NCBI RefSeq assembly: GCF_000027125.1
Contig: NC_017626.1
Length of the DNA stretch: 64,000 nucleotides
DNA from: Escherichia coli 042
Lineage (GTDB): Bacteria; Pseudomonadota; Gammaproteobacteria; Enterobacterales; Enterobacteriaceae
Direction: 5' to 3' (one strand)
Below, one piece after another: positions 13,349 to 25,896 of the stretch (position 1 is its first letter; each line of letters begins with the position of its first letter). Below the pieces are notes generated by a model, which did not search any database, was not told the DNA's origin, and saw only the letters and a list, made by a program, of their open reading frames with translations. A program made the translations under genes and the position numbers.

Positions 13349-14689
13349 TCAATGACGGCCGAAAACGGGACGTTTACGGTCAAAGGTCCAGCCGGGGATC
13401 AGGTACTGCATCGGGCCCGCGTCGTTACGCGCACCGCCAGGCAGACGTTTATAGGCCTCATGCGCCTTTTGTACCTGCTCCCAGTCCAGTTCCACGCCCA
13501 GACCGGGCGCATCAGGAACGGCAATTTTTCCGTTTTTAATCTCCAGCGGATTTTTGGTCAGGCAACAATCTCCCTCCTGCCAAATCCAGTGGGTATCGAT
13601 AGCAGTAGGATTACCCGGTGCCGCCGCGCCCACATGGGTAAACATCGCCAGAGAGATATCAAAGTGGTTATTGGAATGGCAGCCCCAGGTCAGCCCCCAG
13701 TCGTCGCAAAGTTGCGCCACGCGGACTGCACCGGAAAGCGTCCAGAAGTGCGGATCGGCAAGTGGAATATCTACCGCATTGAGCATCACCGCATGGCCCA
13801 TTTCGCGCCAGTTGGTGGCGATCATGTTAGTCGCGACGGGCAAGCCGGTCGCCCGCCGAAACTCCGCCATCACTTCACGTCCGGAGAAACCCTGTTCTGC
13901 GCCACATGGATCTTCGGCATAGGTGAGAACATCATTCAGCCCTTTGCACAGAGAAATGGCTTCATCAAGCAGCCATGCACCGTTGGGATCAACGGTAATT
14001 CGCGCATCCGGGAAGCGTTTCTTCAATGCACGAACAGTGTCGATTTCTTGCTCGCCAGGTAACACTCCGCCCTTAAGTTTGAAATCTTTAAAGCCATAGC
14101 GATCCTGTGAAGCTTCCGCCAGACGCACAACGGCTTCGCTGTTCATCGCTTTCTGATGCCGCAATTGATACCACTCATGGTTGCCCGGCGTATTTTCCAG
14201 ATAAGGAAGATCGGTTTTGGTCCGATCACCGATATAAAACAGATAACCGAGGACGGTAATAGCATCGCGTTGCTTGCCTGGCCCTAACAGTTCGCAGACC
14301 GGAACATTCAGCGCCTTACCTAGCAGGTCAAGCAAGGCGGCTTCCAGCGCCGCCACGGCATTAACGCGCAATTCAAAAGTCCAGGCACCTTTGCCGAAGG
14401 TATCAAAATCGGCTGCCTGATTACCTTTATGCACCTGCTGAACCACTTTATTCAGGCGCGCAACTTCCTGGCCCAGCACCATCGGAATAGCATCGACCAG
14501 TGTCTGATAAATCACCTCTCCGCCCGGCGCTTCACCAATACCGGTATGCCCGGCGTTATCGGTGAGTACCACAATATTGCGGGTGAAATATGCGTTATGT
14601 GCACCACCAATATTAAGCAACATGCTGTCATGCCCGGCCACCGGAATGACTTTCATATCAGTAATAACAGGACTGGATTGTGTCGTCAT
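13349..14689 (-). CDS. gudX: Glucarate dehydratase-related protein (paralog of GudD)
   Basis: 446-aa [24 protein letters not shown], strong paralogy to the adjacent gudD. Confidence 0.88.
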   Translation of the reverse strand: MTTQSSPVITDMKVIPVAGHDSMLLNIGGAHNAYFTRNIVVLTDNAGHTGIGEAPGGEVIYQTLVDAIPMVLGQEVARLNKVVQQVHKGNQAADFDTFGKGAWTFELRVNAVAALEAALLDLLGKALNVPVCELLGPGKQRDAITVLGYLFYIGDRTKTDLPYLENTPGNHEWYQLRHQKAMNSEAVVRLAEASQDRYGFKDFKLKGGVLPGEQEIDTVRALKKRFPDARITVDPNGAWLLDEAISLCKGLNDVLTYAEDPCGAEQGFSGREVMAEFRRATGLPVATNMIATNWREMGHAVMLNAVDIPLADPHFWTLSGAVRVAQLCDDWGLTWGCHSNNHFDISLAMFTHVGAAAPGNPTAIDTHWIWQEGDCCLTKNPLEIKNGKIAVPDAPGLGVELDWEQVQKAHEAYKRLPGGARNDAGPMQYLIPGWTFDRKRPVFGRH

Positions 14690-14690
14690 C

Positions 14691-16043
14691 TTATTGCCCC
14701 GCGACAGGTTTCAGCTCGATACGCTTGATATCGCCCACCAGCACCAGGTAGCTCAGCACCGCGATTAAGGCATGAACACCAACATAAATCAGCGCCCCAT
14801 TAAACGAGCCAGTCGTGCCAACGATATAACCAATTGCGATTGGCGTGACGATGCCAGAAATGTTACCGAACATGTTGAACAGGCCACCGGAAAGACCGCT
14901 GATCTCTTTTGGCGCGGTATCTGCCATTACTGCCCAACCCAGCGCCCCGATGCCCTTACCGAAGAAGGCCAGCGCCATAAAACCGATGATCATCCACTCA
15001 ACGTTGACGTAGTTGCAGAACACCATCACCATCGACAGCAACATGCCCATTACGATCGGTGTTTTACGCGCAATGTTCAGCGATCCCGTGCGGCGCATCA
15101 GCCAGTCGGAAATAATCCCACCCAGCACACCGCCGATAAAACCGCAAACCGCCGGAACGGAAGCCACAAAGCCCGCTTTCAGAATCGACATCCCACGCGC
15201 CTGCACCAGATAAACCGGAAACCAGGTAATGAAAAAGTAAGTCAGGGCGTTGATACAGTACTGACCGATATAAACGCCGATCATCATCCGTGACCCGAGC
15301 AGCTGTTTGATCTGCCCCCACTTCACGCTGAACGGCACTTTAACTTTGGTATTTTGCTGATCCATATTGATCAGCGCGCCACCCGCGGCGATGTACTCCA
15401 GCTCTTTCTGATTTACACCCGGATGTTGATTTGGCTCGTGGATGACTTTCAACCAGATAAAGCTGATGACAATGCCCAGACCGCCCATAAAGAAGAAGAC
15501 GTGTGACCAGCCCACTTCATGCGTCAGCCAGCCCATAATCGGCGCGAAGATCACCGTTGCGAAGTATTGAGCGGAGTTAAAAATCGACACCGCCGTTCCC
15601 CTTTCCTGCGCCGGAAACCAAGCCGCAACAATGCGACTGTTGCCGGGGAAAGATGGCGCTTCAGCAAGCCCGACCAGGAAGCGCAGCGTAAACAGGGCAA
15701 CGATAATGCCGAATCCACTAAAGATATCGACGAAGCCTTGCAGCAAGGTAAACATCGACCAGATAAAGATCGACCAGAAGTAGACGCGTTTTGAACCAAA
15801 ACGATCCAGCAACCAACCACCAGGGATCTGCCCGATAACATAAGCCCATGAGAAGGCAGAGAACACATAGCCCATTCCCACGGGATCAAGGCCGATATCT
15901 TTGGCCATTTCCGAACCGGCAATAGAAAGCGTAGCGCGGTCGCCGTAGTTGAAGGATGTGACGATAAACAACATCACCACTATCCAGTAACGAGCATTCG
16001 TGCGTTTTTCCACACTGCTCGCAGCCTGACTTAAAGAACTCAT
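14691..16043 (-). CDS. gudP: MFS glucarate/galactarate transporter
   Basis: 450-aa polytopic membrane ORF at the head of the gudPXD operon. Confidence 0.9.
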   Translation of the reverse strand: MSSLSQAASSVEKRTNARYWIVVMLFIVTSFNYGDRATLSIAGSEMAKDIGLDPVGMGYVFSAFSWAYVIGQIPGGWLLDRFGSKRVYFWSIFIWSMFTLLQGFVDIFSGFGIIVALFTLRFLVGLAEAPSFPGNSRIVAAWFPAQERGTAVSIFNSAQYFATVIFAPIMGWLTHEVGWSHVFFFMGGLGIVISFIWLKVIHEPNQHPGVNQKELEYIAAGGALINMDQQNTKVKVPFSVKWGQIKQLLGSRMMIGVYIGQYCINALTYFFITWFPVYLVQARGMSILKAGFVASVPAVCGFIGGVLGGIISDWLMRRTGSLNIARKTPIVMGMLLSMVMVFCNYVNVEWMIIGFMALAFFGKGIGALGWAVMADTAPKEISGLSGGLFNMFGNISGIVTPIAIGYIVGTTGSFNGALIYVGVHALIAVLSYLVLVGDIKRIELKPVAGQ

Positions 16044-16370
16044 TGTTGCACTCCTGAAAATTCGCGTTAGCCACGCTCACTCTGGACTGCGACATCGCCA
16101 GGAAATCAGAGGTGACGTAGGGTGTTTTTTGCCGTTTTTATAGGTCGTTCGCCGAATACGGCGCGTGTTTATATCTGGCAATAGCAGTATAAAAAGCGCG
16201 CCATAGCGGCTCACCGTGCAACAACACAACATTAATGCGTTCAATGAGGCCCAATTTTGGCATTAGCCCTGGACGGTGGAATCCACTTCACGGAAATGAA
16301 AACAAGAACAAGAAAGGAAGGGTTAAAACGAAGAAATAAAGAAGAGTATGAAATGGATCGCTTGACTCCA

Positions 16371-16423
16371 GGCAAACGCCAGTAAAAATCCGCGCTATGA
16401 AGCAGTTTTTACTGGCATTTGCC
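16371..16423. repeat. Large imperfect inverted repeat (18-bp arms, 17-nt loop) in the yqcA-gudP intergenic region
   Basis: ggcaaacgccagtaaaaa ... tttttactggcatttgcc, one mismatch. Confidence 0.7.
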
Positions 16424-16441
16424 TGAAAAGATTCGATTCAG

Positions 16442-16501
16442 CACCGCTAAAACGGCATTTACACCGCTAAAACGGCATTTACACCGCTAAAACGGCATTT
16501 A
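16442..16501. repeat. Three perfect tandem copies of the 20-bp unit caccgctaaaacggcattta, followed by a partial fourth
   Basis: Read directly; begins 17 bp beyond the yqcA stop codon. Confidence 0.9.
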
Positions 16502-16517
16502 CCGCTCGCTGAACGTA

Positions 16518-16967
16518 TCAGGACAACAGCGTGCCCCAATGTTCGACCCACGGATTTGATTCCGTTTCCGGTTCCGGGTTCTCACTGGCGTCAATCAACA
16601 GCATTTCTCCCACTCGCTGAGCGCTCTGTTCCTGCAACAAGGCATCGAACTGTTTGCCGCCATTGCAGAAATTCACATAACTACTGTCGCCGAGCGCAAT
16701 CACGCCATAACGCAGATTCGGCTGGAAGCCCAGGGTATCTTTGATTCCCTGAAAGAGCGGCACAATGCTATCAGGAAGGTCGCCCTGCCCGGTCGTGGAC
16801 GTAACCACCAGAACATACTTATCCTGATAGGGCAGCCAGTCGCTTAATTCAGGATCTTCAAATACCGTTGCTTTGTGGCCCTGTGCGGTCAGAATTGCTT
16901 CTGCTTCTTCCGCCACTAACAGCGAATTTCCGTACATGGTGCCGACAAAAATACCAATTTCCGCCAT
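16518..16967 (-). CDS. yqcA: Flavodoxin-like protein YqcA
   Basis: 149-aa ORF with flavodoxin signature ([15 protein letters not shown]). Confidence 0.85.
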   Translation of the reverse strand: MAEIGIFVGTMYGNSLLVAEEAEAILTAQGHKATVFEDPELSDWLPYQDKYVLVVTSTTGQGDLPDSIVPLFQGIKDTLGFQPNLRYGVIALGDSSYVNFCNGGKQFDALLQEQSAQRVGEMLLIDASENPEPETESNPWVEHWGTLLS

Positions 16968-16984
16968 ACCGTTTTCTCCCTGGA

Positions 16985-17767
16985 TTAGGAACTTATCTCT
17001 CCATCCTGACCCGATGGCGCACTGAACTCAACCCTTTCATTTTCAGGAAGCAGACCGCGCCAGCCAAATTGTGATAACGCCTGCATCCAGGTGTCGTCCA
17101 GGCCCGCGTGAATAGTCAGCGGCTCGCCAGTAAAAGGATGCGTCAATGACAACTGACTGGCATGCAACATTAACCGCTGAAGGCCAAAATGTTCAGCACC
17201 GCTGCGATTCTGGCGTAAATCACCATGTTTGCTGTCGCCAATAATCGGGTGGCGCAAATGGGCAAGATGGCGACGGAGCTGGTGCTTGCGTCCGGTTTTC
17301 GGCTCCAGTTCCACCAGGCCGTAGCGCGTGGTCGGGTAACGTCCGGTCGCTACCGGCATTTCTACGGTCGCCAGACCGCGATAATGCGTCACTGCTGGCT
17401 GTGGGCCTTTATCTTCGCGGGCAAATTTATCAGCGATTTTGTCCAGTTCTTCCACCAGTGGATAATCCAGAACTGCTTCTTCCATCAACCAGCCGCGCAC
17501 AATCGCATGGTAACGTTTCTGGATTTGGTGCTGTTCAAACTGTTGTGCCAGCAGCCGTCCGGCCTCGCTGGATAATCCCATCAACAACACACCAGAAGTT
17601 GGTCGGTCCAGACGATGAGCAGTAAACACATGCTGGCCTATCTGGTCACGCACGGTTTGCATGACCACTACTTTCTCGTCGCGATCCAGCCAGCTGCGGT
17701 GAACCAGCCAGCCGGAGGGTTTATTTACCGCAACCAGCCATTCATCCTGATAGAGTATTTCCAGCAT
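16985..17767 (-). CDS. truC: tRNA pseudouridine65 synthase
   Basis: 260-aa ORF with RluA-family catalytic motif ([12 protein letters not shown]). Confidence 0.85.
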   Translation of the reverse strand: MLEILYQDEWLVAVNKPSGWLVHRSWLDRDEKVVVMQTVRDQIGQHVFTAHRLDRPTSGVLLMGLSSEAGRLLAQQFEQHQIQKRYHAIVRGWLMEEAVLDYPLVEELDKIADKFAREDKGPQPAVTHYRGLATVEMPVATGRYPTTRYGLVELEPKTGRKHQLRRHLAHLRHPIIGDSKHGDLRQNRSGAEHFGLQRLMLHASQLSLTHPFTGEPLTIHAGLDDTWMQALSQFGWRGLLPENERVEFSAPSGQDGEISS

Positions 17768-18096
17768 TAGCTCGCATCATCCGCAAAAAGAGCATCCAGT
17801 TTTTCCAGCTCAGCCAGAATAAGCGCGCGTTGCGGGTGGTCCGTCGCCAGCGCCATTTCATAATAGGGTGCAACGGCAAAAGCGCCCGGTAACGGCTGGT
17901 TGTTATCTAACAAATCGTGCATTCGCGGGATCAGCACCCACTGCAACCACTCCAGTGGTTCCATGGTGTCCATAAAGAACGGTTGGGTACTGTTAAATTG
18001 ATGCGGCTGGGGTTCATCGTTTTGCCAGTGCTGATGTTCACGCAGTAATGCTTCAAGCGCCTGCAGCTGGAGACGAACGCGGTCATGAGTGGTCAT
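17767..18096 (-). CDS. yqcC: DUF446-family protein YqcC
   Basis: 109-aa ORF, stop overlapping truC start; synteny. Confidence 0.8.
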   Translation of the reverse strand: MTTHDRVRLQLQALEALLREHQHWQNDEPQPHQFNSTQPFFMDTMEPLEWLQWVLIPRMHDLLDNNQPLPGAFAVAPYYEMALATDHPQRALILAELEKLDALFADDAS

Positions 18097-18141
18097 AAAG
18101 CAACCTCAATAAGAAAAACTGCCGCGAAGGATAGCAGGAAT

Positions 18142-18507
18142 AAAAAAAGGGAGCACTGTATTCACAGTGCTCCCGGTTCGTTTCGCAGCATTCCAGCTAC
18201 TTTTGTTGCTCCCTGCTCATCCTTGACAACTTTTCCTCTGGCCTTGCGGCCAATCGTTCATCCTGAACTATTGCTTCCTGCTCACACCACCCCGATGTGA
18301 TACTTCATCCTGAAGTGTCCCTGGCCTTCCTGGCCCACCGAATCATCCTGACCGGTTCTCATTCTCCATCCTGGAGGTGTCCTTTAACGCGTCCTGCGTC
18401 ATCCTCTTCGCTTCATCCAGAAGCCTTTCCCTGAAACACCATCCTGGTGTGTCCTTCAGAAGTGTCATCATCCTGATGTTCACTTCGTTGTCTGACTCCC
18501 TGTCGAC
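18142..18507 (-). ncRNA. csrB: CsrB small RNA (CsrA-sequestering sRNA)
   Basis: Minus strand begins GTCGACAGGGAGTCAGACAACGAAGTGAACATCAGGATG and carries at least 10 CAGGA(U/A)G-type GGA motifs; ends in hairpin gggagcactgtgaatacagtgctccc plus U-run at 18149-18174. Confidence 0.85.
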
Positions 18508-18680
18508 GAAGATAGAATCGTCTTTTTCGCGAAGTCTTACAAGGCGCTTACAGACAATGCCTTAAGGAAAATTTCATATGAAAGTTAAGGATTAACAAGC
18601 AATATATTGATTTTAAATGAAAATAACGATTCTTATCTTTTTAAGTATTCGCTTATTTCCTGGCGATCTCCTACAGAGTC

Positions 18681-18698
18681 TGTAAGAGATCTCTCACA
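18681..18698. promoter_or_regulatory. 18-bp near-palindrome TGTAAGAGATCTCTCACA, matching the UvrY(SirA) response-regulator box found upstream of csrB
   Basis: Read directly, about 175-190 bp upstream of the csrB 5' end. Confidence 0.55.
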
Positions 18699-18717
18699 AC
18701 CAGATGGGGTATTTGGA

Positions 18718-19263
18718 TTACAGAAGAGGCTTAAGTTGATTAAGGAATTCCGCAAGATTTGAGGCTAAATGCGCCCGTTTACGTGTTCCCAGCGTCTCTT
18801 TGCACACTTCACCGGAGAGATTACACACCGAGATGACCTCTAACTCTTCTTCCAGCGTCGCGATAAATAGCGTGGGCGGCAGTTTTAGCCTTTTCTGAGT
18901 CACCAGATGACCAATCAGATTTTCCTGCACCCGACGGAAGTCGTCTTCACTCCAGGTTTGCAGCAATGTCAGTTTAATATCGCCAAACTGCGCGTGCATA
19001 TCCCCGGCAAACTGAGTCGTATAAAAGGTATGAATTGTGGGTTGTATCACAATATCAAAAGCGCGTTCAACCGCGTTTACATTTTGTTCCCCGGTAAACG
19101 GCTGGGGTTGCCAGTATACGGCGTCTTCGGTGGTTGAAATAATGCACGGTGAAGGAACGCCGTACAGTTCCTCACTCAACGGCCAGCTTTTATGCTCTTC
19201 ATGCCACGCATCGCAGTAGCGTGCAGTAAAATCTTTCAGGGCTTGTGCGGTCAAATCGTCCAC
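18718..19263 (-). CDS. syd: SecY-interacting protein Syd
   Basis: 181-aa ORF; synteny next to csrB. Confidence 0.85.
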   Translation of the reverse strand: MDDLTAQALKDFTARYCDAWHEEHKSWPLSEELYGVPSPCIISTTEDAVYWQPQPFTGEQNVNAVERAFDIVIQPTIHTFYTTQFAGDMHAQFGDIKLTLLQTWSEDDFRRVQENLIGHLVTQKRLKLPPTLFIATLEEELEVISVCNLSGEVCKETLGTRKRAHLASNLAEFLNQLKPLL

Positions 19264-19330
19264 TAATTTCTCTCTTCACTTAAACCAGATACACTTGTCG
19301 TTTAGTTTATCTGGTTTATGACGGTGAAAC

Positions 19331-20179
19331 ATGTCTTCTTATGCAAACCATCAGGCACTTGCGGGCCTGACTCTTGGAAAATCAACCGATTACCGGGATA
19401 CCTATGACGCCAGCCTACTGCAAGGCGTTCCGCGTAGTCTGAATCGCGATCCGCTGGGTCTGAAAGCGGATAACCTGCCTTTTCACGGTACGGATATCTG
19501 GACGCTATATGAACTTTCCTGGCTGAATGCGAAAGGTTTGCCGCAGGTCGCCGTCGGTCATGTTGAACTTGATTACACCAGCGCAAATCTGATTGAGTCG
19601 AAGAGTTTTAAGCTCTATCTCAACAGTTTTAACCAGACGCGTTTTAATAACTGGGATGAGGTGCGCCAGACGCTGGAGCGCGACTTAAGCACTTGCGCTC
19701 AGGGTAAGGTTAGCGTGGCGTTATATCGTCTTGATGAACTGGAAGGCCAACCGATAGGTCATTTCAATGGCACTTGCATTGATGACCAGGATATCGCTAT
19801 CGATAACTATGAATTCACCACTGACTATCTTGAGAATGCCACCAGCGGCGAGAAAGTAGTGGAAGAAACACTCGTTAGCCACCTGCTGAAATCAAACTGC
19901 CTGATTACTCATCAGCCAGACTGGGGATCTATCCAAATTCAGTATCGTGGACGCAAGATTGACAGGGAAAAACTGCTGCGTTATCTGGTTTCTTTCCGTC
20001 ATCATAACGAGTTCCATGAACAGTGCGTAGAACGCATTTTTAATGACCTGTTACGCTTCTGCCAGCCAGAGAAATTGAGCGTTTACGCACGTTATACCCG
20101 TCGTGGCGGTCTGGACATTAACCCGTGGCGCAGTAATAGCGATTTTGTCCCATCGACCACAAGACTGGTTCGGCAATAA
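19331..20179 (+). CDS. queF: NADPH-dependent 7-cyano-7-deazaguanine reductase (queuosine biosynthesis)
   Basis: 282-aa ORF, two-domain QueF. Confidence 0.9.
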   Translation: MSSYANHQALAGLTLGKSTDYRDTYDASLLQGVPRSLNRDPLGLKADNLPFHGTDIWTLYELSWLNAKGLPQVAVGHVELDYTSANLIESKSFKLYLNSFNQTRFNNWDEVRQTLERDLSTCAQGKVSVALYRLDELEGQPIGHFNGTCIDDQDIAIDNYEFTTDYLENATSGEKVVEETLVSHLLKSNCLITHQPDWGSIQIQYRGRKIDREKLLRYLVSFRHHNEFHEQCVERIFNDLLRFCQPEKLSVYARYTRRGGLDINPWRSNSDFVPSTTRLVRQ

Positions 20180-20290
20180 ATTTTTTCTCAATTTTGCGTG
20201 CTGGATTCACGCAGAAGGTTGTGAAAGGTCATCAGGCAGGGCTATTGTAATCAAAGGGAATGACGATATTCGTCCCATAAGGAGTTTTTC

Positions 20291-21655
20291 TTGATTACAC
20301 ATATTAGCCCGCTTGGCTCCATGGATATGTTGTCGCAGCTGGAAGTGGATATGCTTAAACGCACCGCCAGCAGCGACCTCTATCAACTGTTTCGCAACTG
20401 TTCACTTGCCGTACTGAACTCCGGTAGTTTGACCGATAACAGCAAAGAATTGCTGTCTCGTTTTGAAAATTTCGATATTAACGTCCTGCGCCGTGAACGC
20501 GGCGTAAAGCTGGAACTGATTAATCCCCCGGAAGAGGCTTTTGTCGATGGGCGAATTATTCGCGCTTTGCAGGCCAACTTGTTCGCGGTTCTGCGTGACA
20601 TTCTCTTCGTTTACGGGCAAATCCATAACACCGTTCGTTTTCCCAACCTGAATCTCGACAACTCCGTCCACATCACTAACCTGGTCTTTTCCATCTTGCG
20701 TAACGCTCGCGCACTGCATGTCGGTGAAGCGCCAAATATGGTGGTCTGCTGGGGCGGGCACTCAATTAACGAAAACGAGTATTTGTATGCCCGTCGCGTC
20801 GGGAATCAGCTGGGCCTGCGTGAGCTGAATATCTGCACCGGCTGTGGTCCGGGAGCGATGGAAGCGCCAATGAAAGGTGCTGCGGTCGGACACGCACAGC
20901 AGCGTTACAAAGACAGTCGTTTTATTGGTATGACAGAGCCATCGATTATCGCCGCTGAACCGCCTAACCCGCTGGTCAACGAATTGATCATCATGCCGGA
21001 TATCGAAAAACGTCTGGAAGCGTTTGTCCGTATCGCTCACGGTATCATTATCTTCCCTGGCGGTGTGGGTACGGCAGAAGAGTTGCTGTATTTGCTGGGA
21101 ATTTTAATGAACCCGGCCAACAAAGATCAGGTTTTACCATTGATCCTCACCGGCCCAAAAGAGAGCGCCGACTACTTCCGCGTACTGGACGAGTTTGTCG
21201 TGCATACGTTGGGTGAAAACGCGCGCCGCCATTACCGCATCATCATTGATGACGCCGCTGAAGTCGCTCGTCAGATGAAAAAATCGATGCCGCTGGTGAA
21301 AGAAAATCGCCGCGACACAGGCGATGCCTACAGCTTTAACTGGTCAATGCGCATTGCGCCAGATTTGCAAATGCCGTTTGAGCCGTCTCACGAGAACATG
21401 GCTAATCTGAAGCTTTACCCGGATCAACCTGTTGAAGTGCTGGCTGCCGATCTGCGCCGTGCGTTCTCCGGTATTGTGGCGGGTAACGTAAAAGAAGTCG
21501 GTATTCGCGCCATTGAAGAGTTTGGTCCTTACAAAATCAACGGCGATAAAGAGATTATGCGTCGTATGGACGACCTGCTACAGGGTTTTGTTGCCCAGCA
21601 TCGTATGAAGTTGCCAGGCTCAGCCTACATCCCTTGCTACGAAATCTGCACGTAA
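20291..21655 (+). CDS. ppnN: Nucleotide 5'-monophosphate nucleosidase PpnN (YgdH, LOG family)
   Basis: 454-aa ORF with TTG start ([14 protein letters not shown]); LOG-family PGGxGTxxE motif. Confidence 0.85.
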
Positions 21656-22210
21656 TCCCCCTCCCCCGGTGACGTTTGTTGCCGGGTTTTCTCGTTTTTG
21701 GTCACATACCCATCAATTTATTTCATTTGTTATATGAATGTTTCTTACCACCCTCACGCGATAAATATCATTACAGTTAATATGTCATACAATTTATGTT
21801 GTAACGCAAACGTTTCCCTATTTTCATAAACCACATTTTATCGCTATGAAAAAGAAATTATCGCCATGATTAACTAAAAGTATTGATTTTTTCAGTTCAA
21901 CCTACATATATTGCGCGCCCCGGAAGAAGTCAGATGTCGTTTAATGGGCAAATATTGCCCTTAAATTCTCTTTTACTTTTGATTTACAGAGTAAAGCGTT
22001 GGGATAATCTATCTTCCAAGTAGATTATTGTATTTGGGATCAAGATCACTGATAGATACATAACTTGTGTGTATCTTTCCGCCCTCAAATTATTACGGCG
22101 GTAAATGATTAAGCCATCGCCGATAGACAGATTTCATTTTTACGGTCAGGCACCTTCCCGGGCTGAACTGGCTAAAAGCTGAATTATTTGCATTCCTCCA
22201 GGAGAAATAG

Positions 22211-23500
22211 ATGGAAACGACTCAAACCAGCACGATTGCGTCGAAAGACTCTCGTAGTGCCTGGCGCAAGACAGACACCATGTGGATGCTGGGCCTTTAC
22301 GGCACGGCAATCGGCGCGGGCGTGCTGTTCCTGCCAATCAACGCCGGTGTTGGCGGTATGATCCCGCTGATCATCATGGCTATCCTTGCGTTCCCGATGA
22401 CATTTTTTGCTCACCGCGGTCTGACTCGCTTCGTACTGTCTGGTAAAAACCCGGGCGAAGACATCACCGAGGTTGTAGAAGAACACTTTGGTATTGGCGC
22501 AGGTAAACTGATTACCCTGCTCTACTTCTTCGCTATCTACCCGATCCTGCTGGTTTATAGCGTGGCAATCACCAATACAGTTGAAAGCTTCATGTCTCAC
22601 CAGCTGGGTATGACGCCACCGCCGCGTGCGATTCTGTCGCTGATCCTGATCGTGGGTATGATGACCATCGTTCGCTTTGGTGAGCAGATGATCGTTAAAG
22701 CGATGAGTATTCTGGTATTCCCGTTTGTTGGCGTACTGATGCTGCTGGCTCTGTACCTGATCCCGCAGTGGAACGGCGCAGCACTGGAAACGCTGTCTCT
22801 GGACACTGCATCGGCAACCGGAAACGGTCTGTGGATGACCCTGTGGCTGGCAATTCCGGTAATGGTGTTCTCGTTCAACCACTCTCCGATCATCTCTTCT
22901 TTCGCCGTTGCGAAGCGTGAAGAGTACGGCGATATGGCAGAACAGAAATGCTCGAAGATCCTGGCATTCGCACACATCATGATGGTGCTGACCGTAATGT
23001 TCTTCGTATTCAGCTGCGTACTGAGCCTGACTCCGGCAGACCTGGCTGCGGCTAAAGAGCAGAACATCTCGATTCTGTCTTACCTGGCTAACCACTTTAA
23101 CGCACCGGTTATCGCGTGGATGGCTCCGATTATCGCGATTATCGCAATCACCAAATCCTTCCTCGGCCACTACCTGGGCGCACGTGAAGGCTTCAACGGT
23201 ATGGTGATTAAATCTCTGCGTGGTAAAGGTAAGTCTATCGAAATCAACAAGCTGAACCGTATCACTGCGCTGTTCATGCTGGTAACGACCTGGATTGTTG
23301 CCACCCTGAACCCGAGCATCCTGGGTATGATTGAAACCCTGGGCGGCCCAATCATCGCGATGATCCTGTTCCTGATGCCGATGTACGCAATTCAGAAAGT
23401 ACCGGCAATGCGTAAGTACAGCGGTCACATCAGCAACGTATTCGTTGTCGTGATGGGTCTGATTGCAATCTCCGCAATCTTCTACTCTCTGTTCAGCTAA
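22211..23500 (+). CDS. sdaC: Serine:H+ symporter
   Basis: 429-aa polytopic membrane ORF (HAAT family), upstream of sdaB. Confidence 0.93.
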   Translation: METTQTSTIASKDSRSAWRKTDTMWMLGLYGTAIGAGVLFLPINAGVGGMIPLIIMAILAFPMTFFAHRGLTRFVLSGKNPGEDITEVVEEHFGIGAGKLITLLYFFAIYPILLVYSVAITNTVESFMSHQLGMTPPPRAILSLILIVGMMTIVRFGEQMIVKAMSILVFPFVGVLMLLALYLIPQWNGAALETLSLDTASATGNGLWMTLWLAIPVMVFSFNHSPIISSFAVAKREEYGDMAEQKCSKILAFAHIMMVLTVMFFVFSCVLSLTPADLAAAKEQNISILSYLANHFNAPVIAWMAPIIAIIAITKSFLGHYLGAREGFNGMVIKSLRGKGKSIEINKLNRITALFMLVTTWIVATLNPSILGMIETLGGPIIAMILFLMPMYAIQKVPAMRKYSGHISNVFVVVMGLIAISAIFYSLFS

Positions 23501-23557
23501 GTCCTTTCGCGCCGCTTTCGGGCGGCGCTTCCTCCGTTTTAACGCGATGTATTTCCT

Positions 23558-24925
23558 ATGATTAGCGTATTCGATATTTTCAAAATCGGCATTGGCCCTT
23601 CCAGTTCTCATACCGTTGGACCAATGAAAGCGGGTAAACAATTTACCGACGATCTGATTGCCCGTAATCTGCTTAAAGACGTGACCCGCGTGGTGGTTGA
23701 CGTGTACGGCTCGCTCTCTCTGACCGGTAAAGGCCACCACACTGATATCGCCATTATTATGGGCCTGGCGGGTAACCTGCCGGATACCGTGGATATCGAT
23801 TCCATCCCTGGTTTTATTCAGGATGTGAATACTCATGGTCGCCTGATGCTGGCAAATGGTCAGCATGAAGTGGAGTTCCCGGTTGATCAGTGCATGAACT
23901 TCCATGCCGACAACCTTTCTCTGCATGAAAACGGTATGCGCATTACCGCACTGGCGGGCGATAAAATCGTTTACAGCCAGACTTACTACTCTATCGGCGG
24001 TGGCTTTATCGTTGATGAAGAACATTTTGGCCAGCAGGATAGCGCACCGGTTGAAGTTCCTTATCCGTACAGTTCAGCAGCCGATCTGCAAAAACATTGT
24101 CAGGAAACCGGGCTGTCACTCTCTGGCCTGATGATGAAAAACGAGCTGGCGCTGCACAGCAAAGAAGAGCTGGAACAGCACCTGGCGAACGTCTGGGAAG
24201 TCATGCGTGGCGGTATTGAGCGCGGTATTTCCACCGAAGGCGTGTTGCCTGGCAAACTGCGCGTTCCACGCCGTGCTGCGGCACTACGCCGGATGCTGGT
24301 CAGCCAGGATAAAACCACCACTGACCCGATGGCGGTTGTTGACTGGATCAACATGTTTGCACTGGCAGTGAACGAGGAGAACGCTGCTGGCGGTCGCGTG
24401 GTGACTGCGCCGACTAACGGTGCGTGCGGGATTATCCCGGCTGTGCTGGCGTACTACGATAAGTTTATCCGCGAAGTGAACGCTAACTCACTGGCTCGTT
24501 ACCTGCTGGTAGCCAGCGCCATTGGTTCTCTTTATAAGATGAACGCGTCGATTTCTGGTGCCGAAGTGGGTTGCCAGGGTGAAGTTGGCGTGGCGTGCTC
24601 AATGGCGGCGGCTGGTCTGGCAGAACTGTTAGGCGCAAGCCCGGCGCAGGTGTGCATCGCGGCGGAAATAGCCATGGAGCATAACCTCGGTCTGACGTGT
24701 GACCCGGTTGCTGGACAGGTGCAGGTACCGTGCATCGAGCGTAACGCCATTGCGGCAGTAAAAGCGGTGAACGCCGCGCGTATGGCGCTGCGCCGTACCA
24801 GCGAGCCGCGCGTCTGCCTCGATAAAGTTATCGAGACCATGTACGAAACAGGTAAAGATATGAACGCCAAGTACCGCGAAACCTCTCGCGGCGGCCTGGC
24901 AATGAAGATCGTTGCCTGCGATTAA
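23558..24925 (+). CDS. sdaB: L-serine dehydratase 2 (Fe-S)
   Basis: 455-aa ORF, MISVFDIFKIGIGPSSSHTVGPM N-terminus. Confidence 0.93.
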   Translation: MISVFDIFKIGIGPSSSHTVGPMKAGKQFTDDLIARNLLKDVTRVVVDVYGSLSLTGKGHHTDIAIIMGLAGNLPDTVDIDSIPGFIQDVNTHGRLMLANGQHEVEFPVDQCMNFHADNLSLHENGMRITALAGDKIVYSQTYYSIGGGFIVDEEHFGQQDSAPVEVPYPYSSAADLQKHCQETGLSLSGLMMKNELALHSKEELEQHLANVWEVMRGGIERGISTEGVLPGKLRVPRRAAALRRMLVSQDKTTTDPMAVVDWINMFALAVNEENAAGGRVVTAPTNGACGIIPAVLAYYDKFIREVNANSLARYLLVASAIGSLYKMNASISGAEVGCQGEVGVACSMAAAGLAELLGASPAQVCIAAEIAMEHNLGLTCDPVAGQVQVPCIERNAIAAVKAVNAARMALRRTSEPRVCLDKVIETMYETGKDMNAKYRETSRGGLAMKIVACD

Positions 24926-25792
<867 letters not shown>

Positions 25793-25844
25793 CGGCGTGC
25801 CGGATGCAAACGATTATCAACACATTGAATTTAATGAACTTATA

Positions 25845-25879
25845 CGCCGGATAAGACGCAGCTAGCGTCGCATCCGGCA
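25845..25879. repeat. REP element between convergent xni and fucO
   Basis: cgccggataagacgcagctagcgtcgcatccggca, with a further partial REP half at about 25797-25812. Confidence 0.55.
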
Positions 25880-25896
25880 TTATCACATCAGCGCAT

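Noticed and set aside
12429-14062. Several 100-240 aa plus-strand ORFs inside gudD and gudX
   Set aside because: They are antisense to conserved enolase-superfamily genes, and the partial repetition between them simply mirrors the gudD/gudX paralogy.
16442-16501. Possible mini CRISPR array formed by the 20-bp tandem repeat
   Set aside because: The copies are directly adjacent with no spacers and there are no cas genes; it is a simple tandem repeat.
21656-22210. Long (555 bp) AT-rich gap upstream of sdaC, examined for a hidden gene or mobile-element remnant
   Set aside because: No ORF with a plausible start or RBS, no terminal inverted repeats and no integrase fragments; only short palindromes (for example gggcaaatattgccc). 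It is consistent with an extended promoter and leader region.
22184-24025. 613-aa ORF on the minus strand spanning sdaC and sdaB
   Set aside because: It is antisense to two well-supported, conserved genes and crosses their intergenic region; its translation is low-complexity and His/Arg/Gln-rich with no domain-like features. Long antisense frames like this arise by chance opposite GC-rich, codon-biased genes.
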